Shown piece by piece: positions 29,848-39,225 of a stretch of DNA of 59,931 nt; position 1 is the first letter of the stretch, and each line of letters starts with the position of its first letter. The translations under genes were made by a program, and so were the position numbers. Origin of the DNA: Lachnospiraceae bacterium (GTDB lineage Bacteria > Bacillota > Clostridia > Lachnospirales > Lachnospiraceae); the NCBI GenBank assembly GCA_045617405.1, contig JAZLIL010000081.1, forward strand, positions 1 to 59,931, given 5' to 3'. The notes beneath the pieces are model-generated. The model was not told where the DNA came from and ran no database searches. It saw nothing but the letters and a program-made list of their open reading frames with translations.

Positions 29848-31719
29848 TCACCTGGCTTTTACTGTAACATCTGTGGTGAATACCTTTGATGTGCCGTCAG
29901 ACATCTTTATCGTGGTCGTCAGTGTCGCTGTTCCGACCGACTTGGCCTTGAGCTTTCCGTTGAAGGCGTTTACCTTTGCAACCTTTGGATCCGATGAAGT
30001 GATTTTTACGGATGCGAAGGTGTTGTTCATTGTCTTTTTCAGTTCCTTTGCCTTTACGAGATTGAGTCCCCAGGGATATGTAAAGACGAGCTGCGTCTTT
30101 TTGCCGTTCTTTACGGAAAGTGCATCGGGAACCGAAATCTTTGAAAGGACGTTTTCGCTTGAATCGGTGAATTCGTATTTGATGGGATTCCAGCACCATT
30201 CCTCGTTGTTGTGCTGACAAATCCATTGCGCGGCTGCGGAGTTTGACTGAACATAGCACATATCGCAACCGTCAAGTGAGTCAATCTCCGTTACTGTTCC
30301 GGGGATGGTGGCGGTGAGTCTTCGCTCGATCCATTCATCGTTAGCCTCGTCATAGTGCCCCATGAGTCCGAGCGAATAGTAGCCGACAGAAACACATCCG
30401 TTGCAGACCTCAAGCTTTGATGTCTTAAACGGGACATAGAGCAGGTCGTGCTTATCCTTTGAGTAGAGGCAACCCTGATAAGAGCAGTAGAATTGATTGT
30501 CTGAATCAACGAGGATCTTTTCAAGATTGGCCGGCGGGTTCCAGTTCAATTCCCACTCATCGAAGTATGTAAGCGATGCGGGAATGCTGATTGTTTTCAG
30601 TCTCTTGCAGTCTCCGAGCGAGGGAGAGAAATAGAGGACACCTTCAGGAATATCGAGCGTTTCGAAATTGCAGCCGTTGAGCGCCTCTCCATAGAAGGAT
30701 GTGCAATTGCTGTGAAGAGTCAGGTTTGTCTCATTCTTTCGGTAATAGTAGAGCTGATCGTAGGAAGAATTGTAAATACCGCCCTGATAGGAGGCAAGAA
30801 CAGCATTTAACGGATCAACGACAACGCTTCCTCTGTAGCCGTTAAATGCATAGTCGGAAACGAAGGTAACGCTTGCCGGAATCTTGATTGATTCTGCTCC
30901 AAGTCCGTCAAAAGCGTAGCCATAGATGCTGATCAGATTCTTGGGCAGAGTCAGCTTTTTAATGCTTGATGCACCTGCAAGGGCACTGAAATCGAAGTAC
31001 TTGACGGAATCGGGGAAATTAATTGTTGTTACAACATAATTTCTGCAAAGAGCCCAGCTGCAGACACCGAGAGTGCCATCCTTGACATCGATTGTGGTCT
31101 TTGAGGGGTCTACGGAGTAAAGGAATTTCTCTTTGTAGAGACAGCCGTCAAAGAGTTCGAAGTACGGATTGTTCTTGTCTATGGTGAAATTGGTAAAACA
31201 GTCGGTTGAGAAATCCCAAACCGTTGATGGAACGGTGTAGTTTTGAAGTGACGGACAACCACAGATGTTTAATGATTCGAGACCCTTTGAAAGCTTGATT
31301 GTTTTGAGAGCTGAACAGTCATACAGGCAGACGGATGAAGCCGACGACGGAATCTCGATTGACTGAATTGAAGGGCAGTTATCGATGTAAATTGTTGAGA
31401 CGCCTTCGGAGAGCTTAACAGTTGTAAGCTCAGGTATTCCAAGCAAAGAGACGCTGTAGATACCGCCCGGGATTGTTACTGACTTGATTGGAACTTCGGG
31501 GTAGGAAAGCTGAACATCGTCGACACCGAGATTCCCCGGAATAACAAGATTGGTTTCATTCCCGTGGTAGCCGTAGAGCCAGCCGTATTCCGAAATGTCA
31601 AAATCAGCTGCGGCAGATGCTTTGGCTTCAACAGGTACCGGTCTGCAGACGAAAGCTGTCTGAAGCATTAGGGATAGAAAAAGAATAAAGGCTATTGCTT
31701 TTTTAACAGGTCTTTTCAT
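29848..31719 (-). CDS. Secreted BspA-type leucine-rich-repeat surface protein with a C-terminal Ig-like (Big_2) domain
   Basis: Signal peptide MKRPVKKAIAFILFLSLMLQTAFV. Repeated ...IPSSV..I...AF..C..L..I.. LRR_5-type units. The C-terminus ...ITSSDPKVAKVNAFNGKLKAKSVGTATLT... is Big_2-like. Confidence 0.8.
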   Translation of the reverse strand: MKRPVKKAIAFILFLSLMLQTAFVCRPVPVEAKASAAADFDISEYGWLYGYHGNETNLVIPGNLGVDDVQLSYPEVPIKSVTIPGGIYSVSLLGIPELTTVKLSEGVSTIYIDNCPSIQSIEIPSSASSVCLYDCSALKTIKLSKGLESLNICGCPSLQNYTVPSTVWDFSTDCFTNFTIDKNNPYFELFDGCLYKEKFLYSVDPSKTTIDVKDGTLGVCSWALCRNYVVTTINFPDSVKYFDFSALAGASSIKKLTLPKNLISIYGYAFDGLGAESIKIPASVTFVSDYAFNGYRGSVVVDPLNAVLASYQGGIYNSSYDQLYYYRKNETNLTLHSNCTSFYGEALNGCNFETLDIPEGVLYFSPSLGDCKRLKTISIPASLTYFDEWELNWNPPANLEKILVDSDNQFYCSYQGCLYSKDKHDLLYVPFKTSKLEVCNGCVSVGYYSLGLMGHYDEANDEWIERRLTATIPGTVTEIDSLDGCDMCYVQSNSAAAQWICQHNNEEWCWNPIKYEFTDSSENVLSKISVPDALSVKNGKKTQLVFTYPWGLNLVKAKELKKTMNNTFASVKITSSDPKVAKVNAFNGKLKAKSVGTATLTTTIKMSDGTSKVFTTDVTVKAR

Positions 31720-31854
31720 GTCATCCTCCTTTAAAAGTGTTGCTGAAAAAAGAAATAAACACGCATGCCTAATTATACTTTAGCATTATTGTATAGTCAA
31801 TTCGCTGAAATTAGTGATGGTTAAGCAAGCGACAGCATAATGCCGGAGGGAATA

Positions 31855-31931
31855 TCAATGCTATTCGCAATCTGCTTCGCTGCTTGCTCATATATAAGCG
31901 GCACTTCGTGCCTTTTCTTGTACTTTTATAA
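31855..31931 (-). repeat. Structured repeat family, copy 3 (core only, hairpins A/B deleted)
   Basis: The reverse complement reads TTATAAAAGTACAAGAAAAGGCACGAAGTGCCGCTTATATATGAGCAAGCAGCGAAGCAGATTGCGAATAGCATTGA. Confidence 0.75.
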
Positions 31932-31960
31932 GAGGCGGGCCTGCCGGCAGCCCGCCTCTT
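31930..31960. terminator. GC-rich hairpin downstream of the LytTR gene
   Basis: AAGAGGCGGGC-CTGCCGGCA-GCCCGCCTCTT. It directly abuts repeat copy 3. Confidence 0.5.
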
Positions 31961-31970
31961 TGGATAGATT

Positions 31971-32291
31971 TCACCTTTCTCCCCCGTTGTCAAGTACAGC
32001 CTTCAGCAGACGCTTCCGGCGCCTTGAAACGGGAACCTTCCATCCTTCATCAAGCTCAATCGAATTGTCAAAGCTTATGATTCTTTTAAGGTTGACAATT
32101 CTGCCCCTGTGACATCGAAACAGGGTACTCTCAAACCCCTCAAATGCAGCCAGTGTCATGTTGCTGCTGTACTGTCTTCCGTCTGTGCATTTTAGCGATG
32201 TGCCGTGTTCTTCAGCGAAGACGCAGATGATGTCATCATCTGTAATAACTACCTGATCTCCTTTCAGAGTGGTCATTGTGAATTTACACAT
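31971..32291 (-). CDS. Stand-alone LytTR DNA-binding domain protein (106 aa)
   Basis: ATG 32291 follows AAGGAGGAGGAG. ...I.YI......T.I.T.......S.L...E..L....F.R.HRS.IVNL..I... LytTR pattern. No receiver or membrane domain. Confidence 0.75.
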   Translation of the reverse strand: MCKFTMTTLKGDQVVITDDDIICVFAEEHGTSLKCTDGRQYSSNMTLAAFEGFESTLFRCHRGRIVNLKRIISFDNSIELDEGWKVPVSRRRKRLLKAVLDNGGER

Positions 32292-32753
32292 GTTTTTCTC
32301 CTCCTCCTTGGTTGTACCCACTTGTTTTTGCCGGCCCCACTGACCAAAAATTAATATAGAATGAATAATATACAAAGTCAACCGGACTGAAAGTAATATA
32401 ACCATCAACAAAATGAACGCAGCGGTATCAAAACAACGAACTGCGATTACGTGATTTAAACATTGCAGGCAAAAAAATATGAATCAGAGTATTATTTTTT
32501 TGCGGATGCATAAATGTATATTCTGTGATTTTTTTTACAATATGAACGAGTTCAGTTCGTTTAGGGTTACAATTCGCATATTCAGCGATGATGGGTTTTG
32601 GGTTGGAGATTATATCGAACGGCATATTGCATTTTGCAAAACGATATGATAAAATACACATAATATTATAGCAGTCACAACAAAGCGGATTACAGACACG
32701 CTACTTTGATAAATGTGGACGCACGATAACGAACAGAACCAGGAGGATATACT

Positions 32754-33707
32754 ATGCTGCATGATCTCCCGACAGATATTGATGTGCTTGATAATCTTGA
32801 TATCAGCAATCTCGACCCGATGCTGAAGAATTATGTTTTCAGTTCGTACTTTATTACGCGTCTTGTCAATAAGACGCTTGAAGAGAATAAAAGGCTGAAG
32901 GGTGAAGTGGCTACGCTGAAGGCTCAGCTCGCCGAGTGTGAAGAGATAAAGAAGAAGTTTGAAACGATAAGAAAGTGCCTTGACAGCATGCCCGATCTTT
33001 TTGATTTCAACGGTGCCGGTCTGTTTTCCGGAAATGTTTCCGAGGAGCCTGCTCCTCTTGGTTTCATCGGAAGCAATAAAGAGGCACTGAAGAAGCTGTT
33101 TAACGATACAGAGCAGATGCTTTCGTCAGAACCTGTCATGCCTGTTAAAGTAACGGCTTCAGTTCCGAAATCAAAAAACGAGCCCGTACCCGAACCGGAA
33201 CCTGCGGTAATTCCTGAACCTGAACCCGCAGTGATTCCCGAACCCGGACCTGAGCCGGAGCCTGTAGTGATTCCGGAGCCTGAGCCCGAGCCTGTGGTGA
33301 TTCCCGAACCCGGACCTGAGCCCGAGCCTGTAGTGATTCCGGAGTCTGAGCCGGAGCCTGAGCCCGAGCCTGTAGTGATTCCCGAACCTGAACCCGAACC
33401 GGTGGTGGTTCCTGAGTCCGAAGTTACTTCCGAGCCTGCGCCCAAACCTGCACTCAGGCCTGCAGCAAAACCGGTTTCCAAGGTTGCCTCCAGGCCGGCA
33501 CACAAGCCCGCAGTTGAAATGCCGACGGATCCGAATGCGGCTCTCAGTCCCGATCAGATTGCTGCATTGTTTGCAAGTGCAGCACCCGCACCCAAGCCCA
33601 AGCCTGAGCCCAAGCCCGCACCGGTACCTGCGGTTGAGATGCCGACAGATCCCAATGCGGCACTTACTCCTGACCAGATTGCTGCATTGTTTGCAAATGT
33701 TAAATAG
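32754..33707 (+). CDS. Proline/glutamate-rich repeat protein (N-terminal coiled coil, PEPEP-VIPE repeats, duplicated C-terminal motif)
   Basis: AGGAGGA SD. About 9 units of (G)PEPEP(A/V)VIPE between nt ~33190 and 33420. [12 protein letters not shown](S/T)PDQIAALFA occurs twice at the C-terminus. Confidence 0.7.
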   Translation: MLHDLPTDIDVLDNLDISNLDPMLKNYVFSSYFITRLVNKTLEENKRLKGEVATLKAQLAECEEIKKKFETIRKCLDSMPDLFDFNGAGLFSGNVSEEPAPLGFIGSNKEALKKLFNDTEQMLSSEPVMPVKVTASVPKSKNEPVPEPEPAVIPEPEPAVIPEPGPEPEPVVIPEPEPEPVVIPEPGPEPEPVVIPESEPEPEPEPVVIPEPEPEPVVVPESEVTSEPAPKPALRPAAKPVSKVASRPAHKPAVEMPTDPNAALSPDQIAALFASAAPAPKPKPEPKPAPVPAVEMPTDPNAALTPDQIAALFANVK

Positions 33708-33719
33708 CGACAGAATAAT

Positions 33720-33761
33720 ACAGGCAGTGTATACAGAAATGACTTTGTATACACTGCCTGT
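33720..33761. terminator. Bidirectional terminator hairpin (repeat protein / proC)
   Basis: ACAGGCAGTGTATAC-loop-GTATACACTGCCTGT, a 15-bp perfect stem. Confidence 0.7.
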
Positions 33762-33791
33762 GCATTGACCATGAATTACTGCAAAAATGTA

Positions 33792-34577
33792 TTACTTTTT
33801 CAACTGCATTATTGCGTCGATTGATGAGATGCATGCATCTCTGAAGCCTTTTTCTTCGAGGGCTGCCACTCCGCGGATTGTTGTGCCGCCGGGGGAGCAG
33901 ACCTCATCTTTGAGTACACCGGGATGCTTTCCGGTTTCAAGCTGAAGTTTTGCTGAACCGAGGATTGTCCGGGCCACCATCTTGTAGGCGACGGGTCTTG
34001 ATATGCCGTATTTGACTGCGGCATCGGCATAGGCTTCCATCATAAGATCGACAAAAGCGGGTCCGCAGCCGCTCACGGCACCACCGATTCCCATGAGCTC
34101 AGAGGGCAGTTCAATAACTGTTCCAAGGCTTTCGAACATCTTCATAAGTTCGGCACGATCGTTTTCTGAAAGCGAGTTTTTCTGCTCAAAGAGGAAAACA
34201 CCTTCTGCAACAAAGGCCGGTGTGTTAGGCATAATGAATTGAAAAGCCGTGTCGGTAAGAAATGATGAGTACTTCTTAAAATCCCAACCTGCAGCCACGG
34301 AGACAAGCGTTTTACCGGTGAGTGTATTTCCAAGTTCGCCAAGAACCCCCTCTATCTGATGGGGCTTGCAGGCAACAATCAGTGTGTCGCATTTTTCCGC
34401 AAGCTCATTGAGACTCCCTACGGGGGTGAACCCTATTCTTTCAGCATTCTTCTTAAGCTTGTCAAGGTGAGGAGCGTAAGCGAAGAGCTGAGTCTTATCG
34501 ATTACGCCGGCCTGAACGAAGCCTGAAGCGAGTGCCTGTGCCATGTTGCCCATTCCAATAAATCCAAAGTTCTTCAT
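33792..34577 (-). CDS. proC: Pyrroline-5-carboxylate reductase
   Basis: Start MKNFGFIGMGNMAQAL (NADP motif). ...SPGGTT..G...LE..GFR... C-terminal signature. Confidence 0.9.
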   Translation of the reverse strand: MKNFGFIGMGNMAQALASGFVQAGVIDKTQLFAYAPHLDKLKKNAERIGFTPVGSLNELAEKCDTLIVACKPHQIEGVLGELGNTLTGKTLVSVAAGWDFKKYSSFLTDTAFQFIMPNTPAFVAEGVFLFEQKNSLSENDRAELMKMFESLGTVIELPSELMGIGGAVSGCGPAFVDLMMEAYADAAVKYGISRPVAYKMVARTILGSAKLQLETGKHPGVLKDEVCSPGGTTIRGVAALEEKGFRDACISSIDAIMQLKK

Positions 34578-34651
34578 GATAATCTCCATTCTGCGGGTAA
34601 GCCGCGTCACAAACAGTGATGATGGTTCTATTCTCTTTTACGTTAGCTTCC

Positions 34652-35875
34652 CTATTTCTCGGGAATTCCAAAATGCTCGATAACGTAGTCCATATCTTTG
34701 TCGCCGCGTCCGGAAAGGTTGATAAGGATAGAGCCTGTGTCCATCTGCTTAGCAAGACGAATTGCGTGAGCAACGGCATGAGATGACTCAATTGCCGGAA
34801 TGATGCCTTCCATTCTTGAAAGTGCAAAGAACGCATCGATTGCTTCCTTGTCATCGACTGTCTCGTACTTTACACGTCCGAGATCATGGAGGAATGCGTG
34901 CTCGGGACCGCTTGAAGGGTAGTCAAGACCGGATGCAACCGAGTAAACGGGAGCCGGTTCACCGTTCTCGTCCTTGAGCATGATTGAGTTGAAACCGTGC
35001 ATGATGCCTTCGGTTCCGTATGTAAGTGATGCAGCGTGATCGCCGAGCTTCTGACCGCGACCGAGAGGCTCTACGCCGTAAATCGTAACGGGGTCGTTTA
35101 AGAATCCTGCAAAAAGGCCTGCCGAGTTGGAGCCGCCGCCGACACATGCGGTGATGGCAGTGGGAAGATGACCTGTCATTTCAAGGAACTGCTCCCTTGC
35201 TTCAATTCCGACTACGCTCTGGAAATCTCTTACCATTAAGGGGAAGGGATGCGGTCCGAGTACGGAGCCTATGCAGTAGATGCAGTCCTCATATTCTTTT
35301 GAGTATGCGTCAAAAGCAGCGTCAACAGCCTCTTTAAGTGTCTGGGCACCGGCAGTTACCTCGATAACGTTTGCACCGAGAATCTTCATCCTTGCAACAT
35401 TGGGGGCCTGCTTCTTTATATCAACAGCGCCCATGTAGATGTCGCACTCGAGACCGAAGTAGGCAGCTGCTGTGGCAAGAGCAACACCGTGCTGACCTGC
35501 ACCCGTCTCTGCTATTACCTTTTTCTTTCCCATGTATTTTGCAAGAAGAGCTTCGCCCATACAGTGGTTCAGCTTGTGAGCGCCGGAATGGTTGAGATCC
35601 TCGCGCTTAACGTAGAGCTGTACCTTACCGAGCGAATTGGAAAGTCTTTCGAGATGTGAAATCGGGGTGGGACGACCCTGGAATTCCTTGCGGATTCTTC
35701 GAAGCTCAGCAATGAAGCGCCTTGACTGGCAGATTGTGAAGTAAGCGTCCGTGATTTCGTCCATAGCTGCCTGAAGCTTGGGCTCGATGTAGCTTCCGCC
35801 GTACTTGCCGAAAAAGCCCTTTGCATCGGGATAGTTGTTAAAGTAGGTATCAAAGTTTACTCCGTTCAGTTCCAT
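34652..35875 (-). CDS. trpB: Tryptophan synthase beta chain (stand-alone, no adjacent trpA)
   Basis: ...[16 protein letters not shown]... PLP-lysine motif, ...[11 protein letters not shown]..., ...GGGSNSAG.F.... 407 aa. Preceded by a Trp T-box. Confidence 0.9.
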   Translation of the reverse strand: MELNGVNFDTYFNNYPDAKGFFGKYGGSYIEPKLQAAMDEITDAYFTICQSRRFIAELRRIRKEFQGRPTPISHLERLSNSLGKVQLYVKREDLNHSGAHKLNHCMGEALLAKYMGKKKVIAETGAGQHGVALATAAAYFGLECDIYMGAVDIKKQAPNVARMKILGANVIEVTAGAQTLKEAVDAAFDAYSKEYEDCIYCIGSVLGPHPFPLMVRDFQSVVGIEAREQFLEMTGHLPTAITACVGGGSNSAGLFAGFLNDPVTIYGVEPLGRGQKLGDHAASLTYGTEGIMHGFNSIMLKDENGEPAPVYSVASGLDYPSSGPEHAFLHDLGRVKYETVDDKEAIDAFFALSRMEGIIPAIESSHAVAHAIRLAKQMDTGSILINLSGRGDKDMDYVIEHFGIPEK

Positions 35876-35954
35876 GTTTTTTCCTCCTGTTTAAAAATGA
35901 AACAACTACGTTTCCGGACTTATGCCCTTTGAAACGCCGATCTGCCGGTTTTCA

Positions 35955-36237
35955 TAAAAAAACCGACAGGTCAGTAACGACCTGCCGGGACAAAATCAAA
36001 AATTCTGCGGTGCCACCCAGCTTGATGAATAAATCATCCTCTCATGCATACAAACATATGCCGTTCCCTTAACGCGGGTCCCTGACGTCCTTCATACTCT
36101 GCAAATGCATTTCTGTCGGCCCTCTGAAGTCCATTCATTCGAGTCCCATTGCTGCTGCAATCTCACCATCTGCAGCTCTCTCATAACCGGGTTCCGGGAA
36201 TTACTCCTCTTCATCAACGGTTTGTTGCTATTCACTT
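35955..36237 (-). promoter_or_regulatory. T-box riboswitch leader with a Trp (UGG) specifier, plus its promoter at 36244-36272
   Basis: Minus strand: stem I with AGAGA; specifier loop ...GAATGAATGGAC (TGG = complement of 36131-36133); T-box sequence GCTGGGTGGCACCGC (36007-36020); terminator CCGGCAGGTC-GTTACT-GACCTGTCGG plus T7 (35989-35955). Promoter: TTGACA, 17 nt, TATATT. Confidence 0.85.
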
Positions 36238-36355
36238 GATGGCAATATAGCACTTCAAAATGTTCTTGTCAACAAAAAGTTCATTCGCGTGTCTGGCAAG
36301 TATACGCTGGAACGCCCCTTCCGGCGGGGATATCCTTTTCTTCTGCAAAAAAGTA

Positions 36356-36416
36356 TTGACAGCGGAAGGGTGAGTGATATAATACGATTAAACGATTGAA
36401 CGATTGTTCAATCGTT
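36356..36416 (+). promoter_or_regulatory. Promoter (TTGACA-16-TATAAT) plus an 11-4-11 inverted-repeat operator of the metal-efflux operon
   Basis: TTGACA 36356-36361 and TATAAT 36378-36383. The operator AACGATTGAAC-GATT-GTTCAATCGTT at 36391-36416 is ArsR/SmtB-type (TGAAC...GTTCA). Confidence 0.65.
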
Positions 36417-36502
36417 GCGGAGACAGGGTATTAGAGCGGTAAAGTAATAAGCATAAGGCTTCGCAGATAATTACAAAGCTTAAGAAAACGGAGAATGGAA
36501 AT

Positions 36503-36721
36503 ATGAAGAAGAGCTACAAGATAGAAGTTGACTGTGCAAACTGTGCCAATAAGATGGAAGAAGCGGCAAAGAAGACAGACGGAGTGAAGGATGCCGTTGT
36601 GAATTTTATGACACTCAAGATGAATGTCGAGTTTGAAGAAGGCGCAGATGTGAAAAGTGTTATGGAAAAGGTTCTTGTGAATTGCAAAAAGGTTGAGGAC
36701 GACTGCGAGATCTTCTTCTGA
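36503..36721 (+). CDS. Heavy-metal-associated (HMA) domain metallochaperone
   Basis: 72 aa. A CANC (CxxC) metal-binding motif lies at residues 11-14, within a ferredoxin-like HMA pattern. Confidence 0.85.
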   Translation: MKKSYKIEVDCANCANKMEEAAKKTDGVKDAVVNFMTLKMNVEFEEGADVKSVMEKVLVNCKKVEDDCEIFF

Positions 36722-36796
36722 AAACATGTGACAGATACAGATATAGAAACGGACCGGGATGACTGTGAATTCTTCTTCCGCATCGGGTATTTTGAT

Positions 36797-38731
36797 ATGA
36801 AAAAATTGCTTAATGAAATGACAAAGAAGCAGAGAAAGGTGCTTGTCAGAATAATTATCTCGGCTGCGATTGAGGCAGCTGCCGCAATTCCTCTGTGGAT
36901 TGAGCCGGTTAAGATTGTTCTGTTTGTCGCAGGTTATCTTGTTATCGGATATGACATCCTGCTAAAGGCGCTGAAGGGACTGAAGAATCGTCAGCCGTGT
37001 GATGAGAACTTTCTCATGGCAGTTGCGTCAATCGGTGCGATGGTGCTCGGCGAGTTTGCCGAAGGAGCCTTCGTAATGCTGTTTTACCAAATCGGAGAAT
37101 TGTTCCAGAGTCTGGCCGTCGGAAAGAGCCGCAAAAACATTTCGGCGCTGATGGACATCAGGCCCGATTATGCCAATCTTGAAAGAGATGACGGCTTAAT
37201 TGAGGAGGTTGACCCTGACGAGGTTGAAACGGGCAGTGTGATAGTTGTTAAGCCCGGAGAAAAGATACCGATTGACGGGGTTGTTATTGAGGGCAGCAGC
37301 ACGCTGAATACAGCCGCGCTGACGGGAGAAAGTCTTCCGCGCGATGTTTCGTCAGGTGATTCGTGTATCAGCGGATGTATCAATCTGAACGGTATTCTTC
37401 GCATCAGAACGACGAAGGAGTTTGGTGATTCGACTGTCTCGAGGATTCTCGATCTTGTTGAAAATGCAAGTTCGAGAAAGTCACATTCTGAGAACTTTAT
37501 TACAAAGTTTGCCCGTGTCTATACACCTGCAGTGTGTATCGCAGCGCTTGCGCCGGCGCTCATTCCGCCGTTGGCGGCAATTATGACGGGAATGACCCCC
37601 GACTGGAGCAGATGTGTATACCGTGCTTTGTCGTTCCTTGTTGTAAGCTGTCCCTGCGCACTTGTTATCAGCATTCCCCTTACGTTCTTTGCAGGACTTG
37701 GCGGTGCATCGTGCGCAGGCGTGCTGATAAAGGGTTCAAACTACATGGAAACGCTTTCGAAGGTAAAGCACGTTGTTTTTGATAAGACAGGAACACTCAC
37801 CAAGGGAGTATTTGAAGTGAGCCGGGTCATTCCGGCAGATCTGCCGGAAAGGGAGCTGATCTTTTTTGCAGCGCATGCCGAGGCATTCTCTTCGCATCCG
37901 ATAAGCAGAAGTATTGTGGAAGCTTACGGGAGAGAACCCGATCTTTCATGTGTCAGTGATGTGAACGAAATTGCCGGAAAGGGTGTTGTGGCAAAGGTGG
38001 ACGCAAAAGAGGTCGCTGTTGGAAATGCAAAGCTGATGACAGCAATCGGCGCAGTCGGATTTACCGGAATATGTGGCGGGGCAGAGGCTTCAGACTGTCA
38101 TGACGGTTCAAAGACAGATTCAGAGAAATGGATAGGCGGTACGGAAGTTTTTGTCGCTGTTGATAACAGATATGCCGGGTCGATTATCATTTCGGATGTT
38201 CTAAAGCCTGATTCAAAGGCTGCCATCGCAGCACTGAAGGCAGCCGGTGTCGATTCGGTAACCATGCTTACAGGTGATTCAAAGGCGGCAGGCGAGCAGG
38301 CAGCAGCGGAGCTTGGCATCGACCGGGTTTTCTGTGAGCTGCTTCCCGAAGACAAGGTCACAAAGCTTGAAATGATATTAAGTGAAGGGACACCGGTTGC
38401 TTTTGTCGGTGACGGAATCAACGATGCGCCGGTGCTTTCACGTGCAGATGTAGGAATCGCAATGGGTGCACTCGGATCGGATGCAGCCATCGAGGCGGCG
38501 GATGTTGTTCTGATGGACGATAATCCTTTGAAGATAGCAAAGTCAATCAGAATTTCAAGAAAGTGCCTTCGCATAGCATGTGAAAACATATTTCTTTCAA
38601 TTTCGGTCAAGGTTTTATGTCTTGTACTTGTCGGAATCGGTATGGCAAACATGTGGATTGCAATCTTCGCAGATGTTGGAGTCATGGTAATGGCTGTATT
38701 TAATGCAATCAGGGCCATGAAGGTGGACTGA
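36797..38731 (+). CDS. cadA: P1B-type heavy-metal translocating ATPase, Zn/Cd/Pb (P1B-2) type, lacking a fused HMA domain
   Basis: CPC in TM6 (VVSCPCALVIS), DKTGTLT phosphorylation site, GDGINDAP, and TM8 ...FADVGV... typical of Zn/Cd pumps. The track ORF starts at GTG 36728. ATG 36797 (MKKLLNEM) is preferred. Confidence 0.85.
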   Translation: MKKLLNEMTKKQRKVLVRIIISAAIEAAAAIPLWIEPVKIVLFVAGYLVIGYDILLKALKGLKNRQPCDENFLMAVASIGAMVLGEFAEGAFVMLFYQIGELFQSLAVGKSRKNISALMDIRPDYANLERDDGLIEEVDPDEVETGSVIVVKPGEKIPIDGVVIEGSSTLNTAALTGESLPRDVSSGDSCISGCINLNGILRIRTTKEFGDSTVSRILDLVENASSRKSHSENFITKFARVYTPAVCIAALAPALIPPLAAIMTGMTPDWSRCVYRALSFLVVSCPCALVISIPLTFFAGLGGASCAGVLIKGSNYMETLSKVKHVVFDKTGTLTKGVFEVSRVIPADLPERELIFFAAHAEAFSSHPISRSIVEAYGREPDLSCVSDVNEIAGKGVVAKVDAKEVAVGNAKLMTAIGAVGFTGICGGAEASDCHDGSKTDSEKWIGGTEVFVAVDNRYAGSIIISDVLKPDSKAAIAALKAAGVDSVTMLTGDSKAAGEQAAAELGIDRVFCELLPEDKVTKLEMILSEGTPVAFVGDGINDAPVLSRADVGIAMGALGSDAAIEAADVVLMDDNPLKIAKSIRISRKCLRIACENIFLSISVKVLCLVLVGIGMANMWIAIFADVGVMVMAVFNAIRAMKVD

Positions 38732-38750
38732 AGGGAGCCGCTTTTGCAGA

Positions 38751-38862
38751 AATAAAGGCAGAACGGGAAAAAAACAAAGTCGTGTCGTTTGGCTAGGAAT
38801 AAAGGCAGAACGGGGAAAGAACAAAGTCGGGTGGTTTTTAAGAAGAAAGGCAGAATGGAATA
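38751..38862 (+). repeat. Tandem duplication (47/45-nt units, ~2.4 copies) between cadA and arsR
   Basis: Units start at 38751, 38798 and 38843 (AATAAAGGCAGAACGGGRAAA.AACAAAGTCG.GT.GTTT...). The third, partial unit runs into the arsR ATG (38863). Confidence 0.8.
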
Positions 38863-39225
38863 ATGAGCGAGGAAAAGATCAGTGAATGCTGTGAAGTGAA
38901 TGAAGTACATGAGGAGCTTCTCAAAATAGTAAAAGAAAAGATGCCCTCAGAAGAGACCATCTTTGATCTTGCGGAATTGTTTAAGATTTTCGGTGACACA
39001 ACAAGAATGCGCATTCTGTTTGTTCTGTTTGAAGCAGAGGCCTGCGGATGCGATCTTGCGGTTGCTCTTAATATGACAACGTCGGCAGTATCGCACCAGC
39101 TGAGCATCCTGAAACGGAACAAGCTTGTTAAGAGCCGCCGCGAAGGAAAGGTTGTTTACTACTCTCTGGCAGATGAACATGTGGAAACCATTGTCAGCCA
39201 GGGAATGTCTCACGTTAGGGAATAG
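38863..39225 (+). CDS. ArsR/SmtB family metalloregulator (CadC-like)
   Basis: ...ELFKIFGDTTRMRILFVL....CGCDLA.AL..T.SAVSHQLSILK...LV.SRREGK.VYYSL.D.HV... is a winged-HTH pattern with N-terminal and alpha3 Cys residues. Confidence 0.9.
   Translation: MSEEKISECCEVNEVHEELLKIVKEKMPSEETIFDLAELFKIFGDTTRMRILFVLFEAEACGCDLAVALNMTTSAVSHQLSILKRNKLVKSRREGKVVYYSLADEHVETIVSQGMSHVRE

Noticed and set aside
31840-32112. A 90-aa ORF starting in repeat copy 3 (MPEGISMLFAICFAACSY...). Related frames occur at 172-450 and 7580-7777.
   Set aside because: Beyond the ~24 codons shared by the repeat copies, the ORF continues antisense through the LytTR gene, and the track ORF at 7580-7777 is in a different frame. 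The long ORFs are spurious. Only the short conserved micro-ORF is kept as an open question, under the repeat-family finding.
32924-33505. ORFs of 193 aa and 110 aa antisense to the PEPEP-repeat gene, and the 33484-33768 (+) ORF.
   Set aside because: They are low-complexity translations (GSG/RLR repeats) produced by the GAACC/GAGCC repeat DNA. They have no start context.
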